NCBI RefSeq assembly: GCF_000092105.1
Contig: NC_014148.1
Location: 2,250,001 to 2,282,000 of the forward strand
Source: Planctopirus limnophila DSM 3776
GTDB taxonomy: Bacteria > Planctomycetota > Planctomycetia > Planctomycetales > Planctomycetaceae
Direction of reading: 5' to 3'
Length of the DNA: 32,000 nucleotides
The position numbers were made by a program, and so were the translations under genes. Numbering within the stretch: the first letter of the stretch is position 1; every line of letters begins with the position of its first letter. Shown here one piece after another: positions 9,297 through 19,113 of this stretch. The notes below the pieces were generated by a model. The model did not search any database. It had not been told where the DNA came from and was given only the letters and a program-made list of their open reading frames with translations.

Positions 9297-11714
9297 TCAG
9301 CGGATGAAGATGAACTCATTGGAATTGAGCAGGGCATGGCAAAACGCCTTCAGACCTACCTGCTGAATCACCTTCGCCGCTTGAGAGATCTCCCGATCGG
9401 TGGGTGGACGACCATACGCGAGGAGAAATGCCAATTGTATGCGGGCTTGGGAATCTGAGTTGATCTGCTCCACTCTGTCGGCGAACTTTGTGGCTATATC
9501 GATGGAGAACTGATGGTTCATCATCGTCAAAGCCTGGAGCGGAGTGGTGGTCGAAGCCCTCCGAGGCTCGGCGAGGGCCGGATCGGGGCAATCAAAATCA
9601 GTCAACACATCGACACGAGAGGCACGCGCTGTGTGGTGATAAACAGTTCTACGGTAAGTCTCCGGGCCATGGATATCTTTAGGAACATAAGTCGCCACGT
9701 TATCCTGCTGATACTCATACAGGCGAAAACCAGGCCCACCCATCGACAGGTTAAGCACTCCAGCGGCATTGAGCATGGAATCGCGGATTTCCTCAGCACT
9801 CAAACGCCTGGGAGGAAATCGCCACAAGAGACGACTGGCGGCGTCACGCTTTCCTTGATCCTCCCGCCAGTCCGACGATTGCCTGTAAGCCTGGGAAGTC
9901 AGAATCAGCTTGTGAATCGGCTTAAGCTTCCAGCCACTTTTGACCAGTTCTTTCGCAAGCCAATCCAGCAGAGCAGGGTGCGTCGGCCGGCCTCCGAGAT
10001 ATCCGAAGTCGCTGGGCGTGTCGACCATCCCGGAACCAAAGTGATACTGCCAGATGCGATTTGCCAGTACGCGTGGCACAAGTGGCTGGTCGGGTGCCGT
10101 CAGCCACTTGGCCAAAGCGACTCGACGTGTGGCTTCATGGGCCAGATCTGCCACTTCGTATTTCGACGGAAGTGCGTTGAAGACATCGAGCCCGGAGGGC
10201 AACACGATCTCACTGCGCTGCTGGGGGTTACCTCCCACAAAAACATGAAACGGGCCGGGTGCCGATCGATGGTTTCCCACCCACCAGACAGGGAGTGCGG
10301 GAATTTTCGAGATCTGACCATCGAGTTCCGCAATCTCAGCTTTCAATACGCTTAGCCGATCCTGCAGTTTCGCGATGGAATCGTCCTCGGAGTTTTCGGA
10401 AGAGGATTCGGTCTGTGTTTTCTTGAGTTCCGCCAGTCGCTTCTCGATCTCGGCCTTCTCATTGTGTTTGGGCTGCCTGAGCTTCTGCAGAGGCTCAAGC
10501 GCCGTAGCGCGAGCCTGGCGAGCCTCGGATGTAGCAACTTCCCGCGGCCCATGGACTGTCCCCGCAAAGGTGGCGTAGAAGGCGTAGTAGTCGCGGGCGA
10601 GAATCGGGTCAAACTTGTGGTCATGGCAACGGGCACAGCCTATTGATAACCCTAAAAATGCTTCACCCGTCGCGCGGATCATCTCATCCATCTGGTCAGC
10701 TCGAATCTGGGCCGCTGCGACAGCATCCTGATTTCCCACATCATCGTAAGGCCCCGCCACCAGAAAGGCCGAGCCAACTTCGATTTCCGGCTGATCTTTG
10801 CCAATGACATCACCCGCCAGATGCTCGTGAATCAGGCGGTCGAACGGCTTGTCCTCATTGAAACTGCGGATGATGTAATCGCGGAACGGCCAGAGGTTGG
10901 TGATGATCTCATTGCGTTCGTAGCCACGACTCTCACCGAAGCGGATCACATCGAGCCAGTGTCGCCCCCATTGTTCACCGTACCGTGGGCTGGCGAGAAG
11001 ACGGTCAATCAACTGTTCGATAGCAGCATCATGCTGGCCATGGGGACAGGCCTGGACAAACTGCTCAATTTCCTCAGGTGTCGGTGGCAAGCCGGTTAAA
11101 TCGAACGTGATCCGGCGAATGAATTCGTTGGGAGTGGCGGGAGGATTGGGTGATAACCCTTTCGCCTGCATTTCCTGCAGTAGAAAACGGTCAATCGGAT
11201 GCGTTCGCCACGATTCAGGCCCTGATGTGACATCAGGGGGGACAACCTCGGCCAAAGGTTGAAACGACCAGAAGCTGGCATCGGCCTTGGATTTTTCCTT
11301 GAGCACAAATCCCTCTGGCCACGGAGCGCCCAGACTGATCCATTGCTTGAGTGACTCAGCTTCCCGTTCGGTAAGAGCCTCTCCCTTTTCGGGCATCTCG
11401 GGCTTTTCACCCTCGTGCGGGATGGTTCTGAGATAGAGCGAGCTTGCAAGAGGCTGGCCGGGAACGAGTGCCACACCACTCTCTCCCCCTTTGAGGAGAT
11501 TCTGGGCTGTCGTGATGTCGAACTGCCCCTTGAGATTATCCGCCCGATGACAGCTCACACACTTGGCTGCGAGCGCCGGTGCGACTGTCTCGCGAAAGAG
11601 TTTGACTGCCTGCTCTTTCGCATCTTCTCCCAGGCTGTGCTGCGAGAGGAATACACAGACCATAGTAACCAGAAACGTCGAGTTAAGCAGTCGCCATGAG
11701 AGAGCAAATCGCAT
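9297..11714 (-). CDS. PSCyt1 / DUF1549 / DUF1553 multidomain protein (planctomycete cytochrome-c-domain protein)
   Basis: 805-aa ORF with a signal peptide. An N-terminal CxxCH (CVSCHRADNLKGQFD) marks the PSCyt domain. The DUF1549 region contains HPIDRFL and FDLTGLPPTPEEI. A conserved CARCHDHKFDP follows, then a coiled-coil spacer and a C-terminal DUF1553 region (LANRIWQYHFG). Confidence 0.85.
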   Translation of the reverse strand: MRFALSWRLLNSTFLVTMVCVFLSQHSLGEDAKEQAVKLFRETVAPALAAKCVSCHRADNLKGQFDITTAQNLLKGGESGVALVPGQPLASSLYLRTIPHEGEKPEMPEKGEALTEREAESLKQWISLGAPWPEGFVLKEKSKADASFWSFQPLAEVVPPDVTSGPESWRTHPIDRFLLQEMQAKGLSPNPPATPNEFIRRITFDLTGLPPTPEEIEQFVQACPHGQHDAAIEQLIDRLLASPRYGEQWGRHWLDVIRFGESRGYERNEIITNLWPFRDYIIRSFNEDKPFDRLIHEHLAGDVIGKDQPEIEVGSAFLVAGPYDDVGNQDAVAAAQIRADQMDEMIRATGEAFLGLSIGCARCHDHKFDPILARDYYAFYATFAGTVHGPREVATSEARQARATALEPLQKLRQPKHNEKAEIEKRLAELKKTQTESSSENSEDDSIAKLQDRLSVLKAEIAELDGQISKIPALPVWWVGNHRSAPGPFHVFVGGNPQQRSEIVLPSGLDVFNALPSKYEVADLAHEATRRVALAKWLTAPDQPLVPRVLANRIWQYHFGSGMVDTPSDFGYLGGRPTHPALLDWLAKELVKSGWKLKPIHKLILTSQAYRQSSDWREDQGKRDAASRLLWRFPPRRLSAEEIRDSMLNAAGVLNLSMGGPGFRLYEYQQDNVATYVPKDIHGPETYRRTVYHHTARASRVDVLTDFDCPDPALAEPRRASTTTPLQALTMMNHQFSIDIATKFADRVEQINSDSQARIQLAFLLAYGRPPTDREISQAAKVIQQVGLKAFCHALLNSNEFIFIR

Positions 11715-11942
11715 GCGACAACTCCAGATAGGCCCATCAAGGCAGGGAACTCCACCGGTGTTGAGTCACCAGCAAAGCCAATGCAGAAATCCGGCAGGAT
11801 CAACAGAGAGCAATGAGCCAGGCCCACCCTGACTCACTCAGTCCTCACCGGTTCTACCCCTCCCCACGCCTGCACGCAACAACATTCTGGCAATGCTTGA
11901 TGCGTATGGATGCAACGGCTGCCTGATCATGGCCGCAAGTTA

Positions 11943-12455
11943 TCAGCGCGGAATTGATCGCTTATCGAGTCGCTGCGGCTCTTCTTCGGAAATTGGGATA
12001 GGCACGACTCTATCTATGGAATCTGTATCGTCGGCGATTTTCAAAACATCACGACAGTACTGATGACAACTGATGCACATCGTCAGCGATTGCATATAGG
12101 TAAATGCAGCACCGTCCAAGTTGCGATCATCGGCCAGCTTGATGAGTTTCTGGGATTGTCTTTTCAGCTCTGTTCGATGATGTGAATAAATCTGGTCGCT
12201 GTGACCGGCCCATTCCGTCGCTTCGCAGATGCGATTCAACTCTTCCGCTCCACGACGGATCTCGGCAAAATCTTCCGAGACCAGCCCGCTAACCACTCTT
12301 TGCGAACTGGCCAGCTTTGCGAGCATCAGCGCCGACAGTTTATCATCGCGGCGCGAATCTGGAACTGCCCGCTGTTGGGCACCCGCTGTCAGCCACGCCC
12401 CCGCGACCAACAAAACGGCAACAGCCCCAATTCCCCATCTTTTTGACGCTGACAT
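11943..12455 (-). CDS. Putative class II (four-helix-bundle, cytochrome c'-like) c-type cytochrome
   Basis: 170-aa ORF with a signal peptide (GAVAVLLVAGAWLTAGAQ), a predicted all-helical body, and a single CxxCH (CISCH) near the C-terminus, as in class II cytochromes c. The assignment rests on architecture only. Confidence 0.5.
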   Translation of the reverse strand: MSASKRWGIGAVAVLLVAGAWLTAGAQQRAVPDSRRDDKLSALMLAKLASSQRVVSGLVSEDFAEIRRGAEELNRICEATEWAGHSDQIYSHHRTELKRQSQKLIKLADDRNLDGAAFTYMQSLTMCISCHQYCRDVLKIADDTDSIDRVVPIPISEEEPQRLDKRSIPR

Positions 12456-12794
12456 TGTAAATTCTCCAATTCTGCAGGCGTTCCCTCACACTTCTGTTAT
12501 CGGCACAGCCATCGAAGCTTCCGAAGTGATTGTGCCGACAGAATCGATCGCTCAAAAAACATTCAAGAAAGACAGGATCGGCCTCTGCGGAGATCGACAA
12601 CGTTGTTCTGCCACTGAAACATAGAGCTTGCAGCGCACGTTGGTAGGCAGCATACCCCGTAGTAAATTCGGACTTCTACCGGGGTGGCAACGCTGCAAGA
12701 GGTTGCCAGAGCGAAGCGGTTCAAGGAATCCAGAACCTCTTGTGCCCTTTGGCACACAGGTAGCCCGAAGACGGGCAACCTGTACTACTCGACT

Positions 12795-13100
12795 TCATCT
12801 GAAAAAAAAGGCCATGCGATTCCACAGTGCCCTTGCCGCGGTTTCTGAGAGCTCAGGAAATCGCTCACGAATTTGATGATAAAACTTTTCATCAACCTCG
12901 ATGAACTCTGAAATGTCATGATCTTTTTTAGGGTAAAAGTTAAGATATCTTTTGATTCGTCCTTTCAGTCTCCGCCATTTTTCTCCATAGGCCTGAGCTA
13001 GTCGCTCGTCTTCTCCTCCGACAGCATAACCTACTGAATCACCGCCATTGATATAGATCAACAACAGAGTATTCACGTCTGTTGATTGTTTCTTTTTCAT
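12795..13100 (-). CDS. Hypothetical protein, A/T-rich orphan ORF
   Basis: 101-aa ORF (MKKKQSTDV...) that is Lys/Glu/Tyr-rich and visibly more A/T-rich than its flanks. It is followed 11 nt after the stop by a strong stem-loop. No recognisable family. Confidence 0.4.
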   Translation of the reverse strand: MKKKQSTDVNTLLLIYINGGDSVGYAVGGEDERLAQAYGEKWRRLKGRIKRYLNFYPKKDHDISEFIEVDEKFYHQIRERFPELSETAARALWNRMAFFFR

Positions 13101-13321
13101 CGTTGCTTGCCATTGCTTCGTATAAGCAGTCTGCTCAGCCTCGGATCATGATTTCGATCGAGTTGGAAACCTCATGGGAGATTGAAATTAAGTAGTGTCC
13201 AAAAGGCGACAACGCATTTTCGTGCGCGCCGAAGTAGTTGCCGTCTACAAAAGTCCAACCTTCTTTACTGGCGGTACAGCAGCTGGATGCCAGGCAATCA
13301 AAGCCAACTATTTAATGCCAA

Positions 13322-15175
13322 TCACGTTGCCGAACTCAGTCGTTCGACCTGGATTTGCTTAGCACTTTCTGCATCGACCACGTCGCTGTGGCAGGCCGCT
13401 TTGGCGTCTTTATTGGCACCAACGACCTTTTTGGTCTTGCTGGCGAGTTGATGGATCTCCTGCGGGGAGAGGTGACCGCGCTTTTCGAGGATTTCCTGCT
13501 GCTCGGGCGTGAGAGCAGCAGAAACCTTGGCGCGGTTCCACTGGTAGTTCTCGTCCTTACCTGAAGCAAATTCGACGATCTCCTTCGAGATGCGGACGCT
13601 GCACCAGTCGTGGCCACACATGGCGCAGAAGTCGGTGTCGACGTCGAGGTCCTCGTCGTGATAGGCACGGGCCGTATCGGGGTCGAAGCTCAGCTCGAAG
13701 TGCTTCTCCCAGTTGAGGGCAGCGCGAGCCTTGGTCAGTTCGTCGTCGCGGTCGCGAGTGCCGGGAATGCCGAGGGCCACATCGGCCGCATGAGCCGCAA
13801 TCTTATAGGCAATGCAGCCCTGCTTGACGTCGTCTTTCTTGGGCAGGCCCAGGTGCTCCTTGGGGGTCACATAGCAGAGCATGCTCGCGCCGTGATAGGC
13901 AGCGGCAGTCGCACCAATACAACTGGTGATATGGTCATAGCCGGGGAAGATATCTGTCACCAGCGGCCCAAGGACATAGAACGGGGCACCGTGGCAGAGC
14001 GTCCGCTGGAGCTTCATGTTGTATTCGATCTGGTCGAAAGGGACGTGGCCTGGCCCTTCGATCATGACTTGCACGCCCTTCCGCCAGGCGCGCTCGGTCA
14101 ATTCACCCAATGTCGCCAGTTCGGCGAGTTGAGCGCGGTCGGTGGCATCGGCCAATCCGCCGGGACGCAGGCCGTCGCCGATCGAGAAGGTGACATCGTG
14201 CTTGCGCATGATGTCGCAGATGTCTTCCCAGCGATCGTACATCGGATTCTGGCCGCTGTTGCGGATCATCCACTGGGCGAGGAGCGAACCACCCCGGCTG
14301 ACAATCCCGATGAGCCGCTTGACCACAAATGGAAGATGTTCCCGCAAGACACCGGCATGGATCGTGAAGTAATCGACCCCTTGTTGGGCCTGTTGTTCGA
14401 GACTTTCAAGGATGATCTCGTGCGAGAGCTCTTCAATCTTTCGCCCAATAATCATTGAATAGATGGGAACCGTCCCGATGGGGACCGTGCTGTTCTGCAC
14501 GATCGCCACGCGGCAGGCGTTGAGGTCGCCACCGGTGGAAAGATCCATCACCGTATCCGCACCCCAGCGTTCGGCCCACTTCAGCTTTTCGACTTCCTCG
14601 TCGGTGCTGGAGGAGACGGGGGAGGCCCCCATGTTGGCATTGATCTTGGTCTTCGTCGCCCGGCCAATGGCCATGGGATCGAGCTGGTATTTGAGGTGGT
14701 GCTTGTTGGCGGGAATCACCAACCGGCCAGCGGCGATCTCGTCACGAACCTGGGCAGGCATGAGATGATCTTCACGTTCAGCAACTCGCACCATCTGCGG
14801 GGTGATCACACCCACACGAGCCCATTCAAGCTGTGTCGAGGGTTCGAAGCCGGCGGGCAAACAGACTTTACGCTGGCTGTCGTCACTTTGCAGAAAGACA
14901 ACCCGCGTGGCACCCGATGTGTAATCGAAGAGTTCGGCTGCCTCTTCGAGTTCCACCGTTGACCAACCCTCCGGGAGGAAATCCCAAGCCGTCTTTTCAG
15001 AAGGCTGCGGCATGTTCGGTGTGTCGGGCGAGGAAAAAGTCCAACGACCTTCGACACCTGGTGCGACTCGTGGGGGGTTGGCGAAGCTGCCTGGCGTTGT
15101 ACCGGCATGATGAGTGGAAGGGTTATTGCCCAGTGGAGGAAGTTCCATCGAGTTCGAATGCGCGATGTTGATCAT
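13322..15175 (-). CDS. thiC: Phosphomethylpyrimidine synthase ThiC (radical SAM, thiamine biosynthesis)
   Basis: 617-aa ORF with conserved ThiC blocks ([42 protein letters not shown]) and the C-terminal cluster motif CAMCGHDWC. Confidence 0.95.
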   Translation of the reverse strand: MINIAHSNSMELPPLGNNPSTHHAGTTPGSFANPPRVAPGVEGRWTFSSPDTPNMPQPSEKTAWDFLPEGWSTVELEEAAELFDYTSGATRVVFLQSDDSQRKVCLPAGFEPSTQLEWARVGVITPQMVRVAEREDHLMPAQVRDEIAAGRLVIPANKHHLKYQLDPMAIGRATKTKINANMGASPVSSSTDEEVEKLKWAERWGADTVMDLSTGGDLNACRVAIVQNSTVPIGTVPIYSMIIGRKIEELSHEIILESLEQQAQQGVDYFTIHAGVLREHLPFVVKRLIGIVSRGGSLLAQWMIRNSGQNPMYDRWEDICDIMRKHDVTFSIGDGLRPGGLADATDRAQLAELATLGELTERAWRKGVQVMIEGPGHVPFDQIEYNMKLQRTLCHGAPFYVLGPLVTDIFPGYDHITSCIGATAAAYHGASMLCYVTPKEHLGLPKKDDVKQGCIAYKIAAHAADVALGIPGTRDRDDELTKARAALNWEKHFELSFDPDTARAYHDEDLDVDTDFCAMCGHDWCSVRISKEIVEFASGKDENYQWNRAKVSAALTPEQQEILEKRGHLSPQEIHQLASKTKKVVGANKDAKAACHSDVVDAESAKQIQVERLSSAT

Positions 15176-15468
15176 TCCGTGAAATACCTTCCATTATCGA
15201 GACTGGGAAATCGGCCTGAGGAAGGCGAAGTCCAGCGTTGTTGACTCAGAACCATCAGATGGTGGAACGAAAGACGACTGCACCAAACCATAACGCCGGT
15301 GTCGCTGCCCGTTGCAAATCCTCCACTATCCTAGTGGCCCGCGCTGCATTTGCAAACTGCCTAACGGGACGAGATAAGCGACACAGCCTGCATCGCTGAT
15401 TGAAATACTTGAAGCATTACGGAGTCAATGGCCGGTCATACTTGCATCCGTCGATACCAAGACCAGTT

Positions 15469-16425
15469 TCAGGCGACTGAGGGAAGGAGCATCGGCATGA
15501 CGCTTTGAACAAATGCCGAAAGCCTTTCCGATGATTGGAGGGCGGACTCACGGAGATTCCAGAGATCGTTGATACTCCCCGGCCGATTCAAAATCGCGCC
15601 CACGAGAGCGCCGGCTCGAACACTGCCTGTGGGCCCGGAAACTGTCATGATTTCTGGAGGGAGGTTTGTTTTCGCATCATCACTGATGACGCGAATTGAA
15701 ATCATCCGGCAATGGCGAGTTCGGCAGGCATCAGCAACACCCCAGGTTTCCATTTCGGCCGCCAAGGCTCCAGTGTTCTCAAAAACAACTTGCTTTTCTT
15801 TGACAGTACGTATGATTTGGGGAACTGTGACGATGGAACCCGTGAAGATTTTATTCGCTGGCTCAGAAGCCATCGAGAGCCCCAGTTGAATGGCTGGTTG
15901 AGCTGTCCCATAGAGCTGGACGTTTTCCGCCAGAATCAGACTCCCTTTCGACAACGACGGGTCAAGCCCACCGGCAAATCCTGCGGAGATGATCCACTGC
16001 GGATTGAAGGCATCGATCGCTGCATGTGCGGCACGGCGAGCACGATCCAGCCCGATCCCCGATTCCACAATGGCCACAGGATGCCCCTTCCAGAAACCAC
16101 CATGGAAGACAAAATCCCCACCTTGAACGTGATGAGGATGTTTGAGCGAGGCCAGAAGAGGAGCGATTTCAATTCGAAGAGCTGCGATGATCACGATTGC
16201 CGGGCGGGGAGTTTCCTCTTCATCGGCAGTTGTCTGGGCTTTCCCTGATGCTGCTGAATCTGACGCTTTGCCGGAATCTTGTGCTGCTCCCCGGACAGCA
16301 TCCATTGCTGCCTGAGATGCCGACTGCATTACCCAACCTCGAAGAAGCCACATCAGCCAGTTCACAATGGCCTCATTCGTTGTTGGAGTTGACCAGTCGT
16401 ATGAAAAACATTCCGGTACGATCAA
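15469..16425 (-). CDS. PNP/UDP-family nucleoside phosphorylase/nucleosidase (MTA/SAH-nucleosidase-like; specific function unresolved)
   Basis: The core reads IVIIAALRIEIAPL..., VAIVESGIGLDRA..., IISAGFAGGL, AAEMETWGVA, IRVISD, which is typical of the PNP_UDP_1 fold. It could be HpnG-, MqnB- or Mtn-like. The start abuts the serC stop (16426); an internal Met (MQSASQ, 16329) is an alternative start. Confidence 0.7.
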   Translation of the reverse strand: MIVPECFSYDWSTPTTNEAIVNWLMWLLRGWVMQSASQAAMDAVRGAAQDSGKASDSAASGKAQTTADEEETPRPAIVIIAALRIEIAPLLASLKHPHHVQGGDFVFHGGFWKGHPVAIVESGIGLDRARRAAHAAIDAFNPQWIISAGFAGGLDPSLSKGSLILAENVQLYGTAQPAIQLGLSMASEPANKIFTGSIVTVPQIIRTVKEKQVVFENTGALAAEMETWGVADACRTRHCRMISIRVISDDAKTNLPPEIMTVSGPTGSVRAGALVGAILNRPGSINDLWNLRESALQSSERLSAFVQSVMPMLLPSVA

Positions 16426-17508
16426 TTACGCCTGGCGGGCCTCGAAATCTCTCATGAATTTGACAAGTTCGACCACACCTTCATGTGGGAAAGCGTTGTA
16501 AATGCTGGCACGCATTCCGCCGACACTCCGGTGCCCTTTGAGCCCGTCGAAACCGGCTTTTGTGGCCTCAGAAACAAACTGCTGGTCGATGGCCTCGTTC
16601 CCCGTGACAAACGTCACGTTCATCAGCGACCGGCTGTCAGCCTGAGCTGTTCCTTTGAATAAACGGCTCTGGTCCAGGTAATCATAGAGCACCTTGGCTT
16701 TGGCTTCGTTTTTGGCCGCCATGGACGCGAGGCCACCCTGCTTAATGATCCATCCAAAGACGAGATTCATCATGAAAATGCCGAAGGTGGGCGGTGTATT
16801 GTACATCGACTCATTTTTGGCATGAGTTCGGTACTGAAGCATGGTGGGAAGCTCTTTTTGTCCCCGCTCAATGAGATCTTTCCTGATGATGACCAGCGTG
16901 ACACCGGATGGCCCGAGGTTTTTCTGTGCCCCACCATAGATGATGCCGTATTTGGAAACATCGATGGGCCGGGAGAAAATATCGCTGGAGGCATCGCAGA
17001 CGAGGAACGAGCCGGCTGCGGGCGTTGGCTCAGTCCTAAACTGAGTACCAAAAATCGTATTGTTCGATGTGAAGTGAGTGTAGACAGGGGATGAACCTGG
17101 CTTCAGTTCCTGGGGAATGTAAGTGAAGTTTTTGTCTTTGCTGGAGCAGGCTTCGTGAACGGAGCCGACCCGCTGTGCTTCTTCCCGAGCTTTTTCGGAC
17201 CAGACACCGGTGATCAGGTAATCGGCAGTCTGGCCGGATGTGAGAAAATTCATCGGCACCATGCTGAACTGAAGAGAGGCCCCCCCTTGCAAAAAAAGAA
17301 CTTCGTAATCATTGGAAATCCCGGCAAGCTCCCGGCAACGAGCGACAGCCTGTTCGTAAACCGCCAGAAACGCCTTACCACGGTGCGAATGCTCCATAAT
17401 CCCAATGCCCGTCGAACCCAGAGACAGGAGGTTTTCTTTGGCTTCTTCGAGGACGGATTCTGGAATAATGGCAGGGCCGGCAGAAAAGTTAAAAATTCGG
17501 GCAGTCAT
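16426..17508 (-). CDS. serC: Phosphoserine aminotransferase SerC
   Basis: 360-aa ORF. The N-terminus is [18 protein letters not shown]. The PLP-lysine region is [15 protein letters not shown]. The C-terminus has [15 protein letters not shown]. Confidence 0.93.
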   Translation of the reverse strand: MTARIFNFSAGPAIIPESVLEEAKENLLSLGSTGIGIMEHSHRGKAFLAVYEQAVARCRELAGISNDYEVLFLQGGASLQFSMVPMNFLTSGQTADYLITGVWSEKAREEAQRVGSVHEACSSKDKNFTYIPQELKPGSSPVYTHFTSNNTIFGTQFRTEPTPAAGSFLVCDASSDIFSRPIDVSKYGIIYGGAQKNLGPSGVTLVIIRKDLIERGQKELPTMLQYRTHAKNESMYNTPPTFGIFMMNLVFGWIIKQGGLASMAAKNEAKAKVLYDYLDQSRLFKGTAQADSRSLMNVTFVTGNEAIDQQFVSEATKAGFDGLKGHRSVGGMRASIYNAFPHEGVVELVKFMRDFEARQA

Positions 17509-18005
17509 GGGAGGTTTCCGAAAATTTGGAGTGCACGAAGCTCAATCTCCACAGGGAGCCTGCGAGCAGGCGATCCGGGGCTCTGATTGATCTTTCGCTA
17601 CAAGGTAAATGACGTTTTTCACTGATTAGATTGTCCAGCAAGTATCAACAGATGGTTCCATTCTTGCAAAGCATCAGGCGAATTCGATTGGAATTTTTCC
17701 TCGTAAGCTGGTGAGTGACACGTCAGATCCATGAAGAATTCGAGTGTCGGTTTACGGAAGTGAGGGGTACTTTTCCGGTCGGTAGATCGATGTGGCCAGC
17801 GTCACAAATTACCGGAACCCCGCAAGTGGAAATTCTTGTCAGTCGAAATGCGTTGATCCATGATCGGCTTAGCCCATTTGGGAGACTTAACCGACGACCC
17901 TCTGCAGACCTCATGAGCCGTCAGAGGGTTCGCCGATACCTCGGGGGCGGAGAGATGTGCCGGAAAAAACAGGTGAGCTGAATTTCCGGCAAAACAAGGT
18001 GATCA

Positions 18006-18839
18006 ATGCCCGAAAGAAGGAATGGCATGTCAGATTCGCAGAATACGCGACTGGCGGAGCTTGAGGCCGAAATTCTGGCACTCAAGAGCGAGTTGCTGCA
18101 TGCCCAGAAGGTGGCTTCTGTCGGGATGCTGGCGACTTCAATCACCCATGAGTTCAACAATATCCTCATGACAGTGATCAATTACGCGAAGATGGGGATC
18201 CGTCATAAAGACCCTGCCACCCGCGAAAAAGCCTTCGACAAGATCCTGGCTGCGGGTCAGAGAGCTTCGAAGATCACGACCGGAATGCTTTCCTACGCCA
18301 GGCGACAGGCAGATCGTCGCGAGCCGACGGATCTGGTGAATCTGCTCGAAGATGTCCTCGTGCTGGTTGAAAAAGATCTGCAGATGCATCGCGTGCGGGT
18401 CGAGACCCGCTATGAGCAGAAACCACAGGCCAATATCAATGCCAGCCAGATTCAGCAGGTGGTGTTGAATCTGATTGTCAATGCCCGTCAGGCCATGGCC
18501 AATGGCGGGTCACTGATAGTGACCGTTCGCAGCAATCTGGCTGAAGGATTTGGCGAAATTTCCATTCGGGATACCGGTTGTGGTATCCCCGCAGAACAGC
18601 TGAAAGAAATCTTCAAGCCATACTACAGCACCAAAACGAGAGACAGTCAGGGGCAGGGCGGAACCGGCCTCGGATTAGCTCTGGCCCGGGAAGTCATGGA
18701 GTCTCACGGTGGGCGAATACGGGTCGAAAGCGCTCCTGGGAAAGGGACCGCCTTCACTCTGAAACTGCCTTTAGCGGGAATTTCTCCGGCAGTGATCCCT
18801 GTCGCTCCTGGGCCGCCGATTACCATACCCGTGGCCTAA
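18006..18839 (+). CDS. Cytoplasmic sensor histidine kinase (HisKA + HATPase_c) with no TM or sensor domain
   Basis: 277-aa ORF with an N-terminal coiled coil (RLAELEAEILALKSELLHAQK). The H-box is SITHEFNNIL, the N-box is NLIVNARQA, G1 is IRDTGCGI and G2 is GGTGLGLALA. No adjacent response regulator. Confidence 0.85.
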   Translation: MPERRNGMSDSQNTRLAELEAEILALKSELLHAQKVASVGMLATSITHEFNNILMTVINYAKMGIRHKDPATREKAFDKILAAGQRASKITTGMLSYARRQADRREPTDLVNLLEDVLVLVEKDLQMHRVRVETRYEQKPQANINASQIQQVVLNLIVNARQAMANGGSLIVTVRSNLAEGFGEISIRDTGCGIPAEQLKEIFKPYYSTKTRDSQGQGGTGLGLALAREVMESHGGRIRVESAPGKGTAFTLKLPLAGISPAVIPVAPGPPITIPVA

Positions 18840-19025
18840 TCAACCCTCGCCCGTGTCGGTCGAGAGAGTGCAGGGTGACGGTCTTCCCTTGCGATGTGCA
18901 GCAATCATCAAGGCTTCTCGCGGGAGCGCCATTTGTCTGCGATTAGCTTACAGGGCAAGAGCATCGCGCGATGAAGCTGCTGGTGGATTGCTCGTCCAAT
19001 GCGTTCGCGCTCGCCCTCATCCCAA

Positions 19026-19051
19026 CCTTCTCCCATCGAAACGGGAGAAGG
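19026..19051. terminator. Stem-loop between convergent genes (possible bidirectional terminator)
   Basis: 9-bp stem ccttctccc (19026-19034) pairing with gggagaagg (19043-19051), with an 8-nt loop. It lies 63 nt beyond the stop of the last BMC-operon gene and 187 nt beyond the kinase stop. No clear U-tract on either strand. Confidence 0.3.
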
Positions 19052-19113
19052 AGCTTAGAATCCTCGCCCAGTACTCCGAGAGCGTGAGAACCAAAACCGA
19101 GGATCTAAGGGAA

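Noticed and set aside
12715-12735. A tRNA T-arm-like string (gcggttcaaggaatcc) in the structured spacer.
   Set aside because: The flanking sequence gives no proper 5-bp T-stem, no acceptor or anticodon stems, and no matching D-arm. It is not a tRNA.
12798-12810. A homopolymer A8 on the plus strand (T8 in sense) near the 3' end of the orphan ORF, considered as a slippage or phase-variation tract.
   Set aside because: It lies only two codons before the stop, so a length change would alter just the last few residues. There is no evidence of a second frame that it could switch on.
15176-15468. Expected a TPP (THI-box) riboswitch in the 293-nt leader upstream of thiC on the minus strand.
   Set aside because: I wrote out the minus-strand leader and looked for the conserved cores in order: GGGGUGC, then CUGAGA, then ACCUGAUCUGGAUAAUGCCAGCG. 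I found only fragments (GGUGC, CUGAGU, ACCGGCG), in the wrong order or spacing, so I am not annotating a riboswitch. An Infernal scan with Rfam RF00059 would settle it. A hit would make this an ordinary thiC leader. No hit would make the long leader worth a look.
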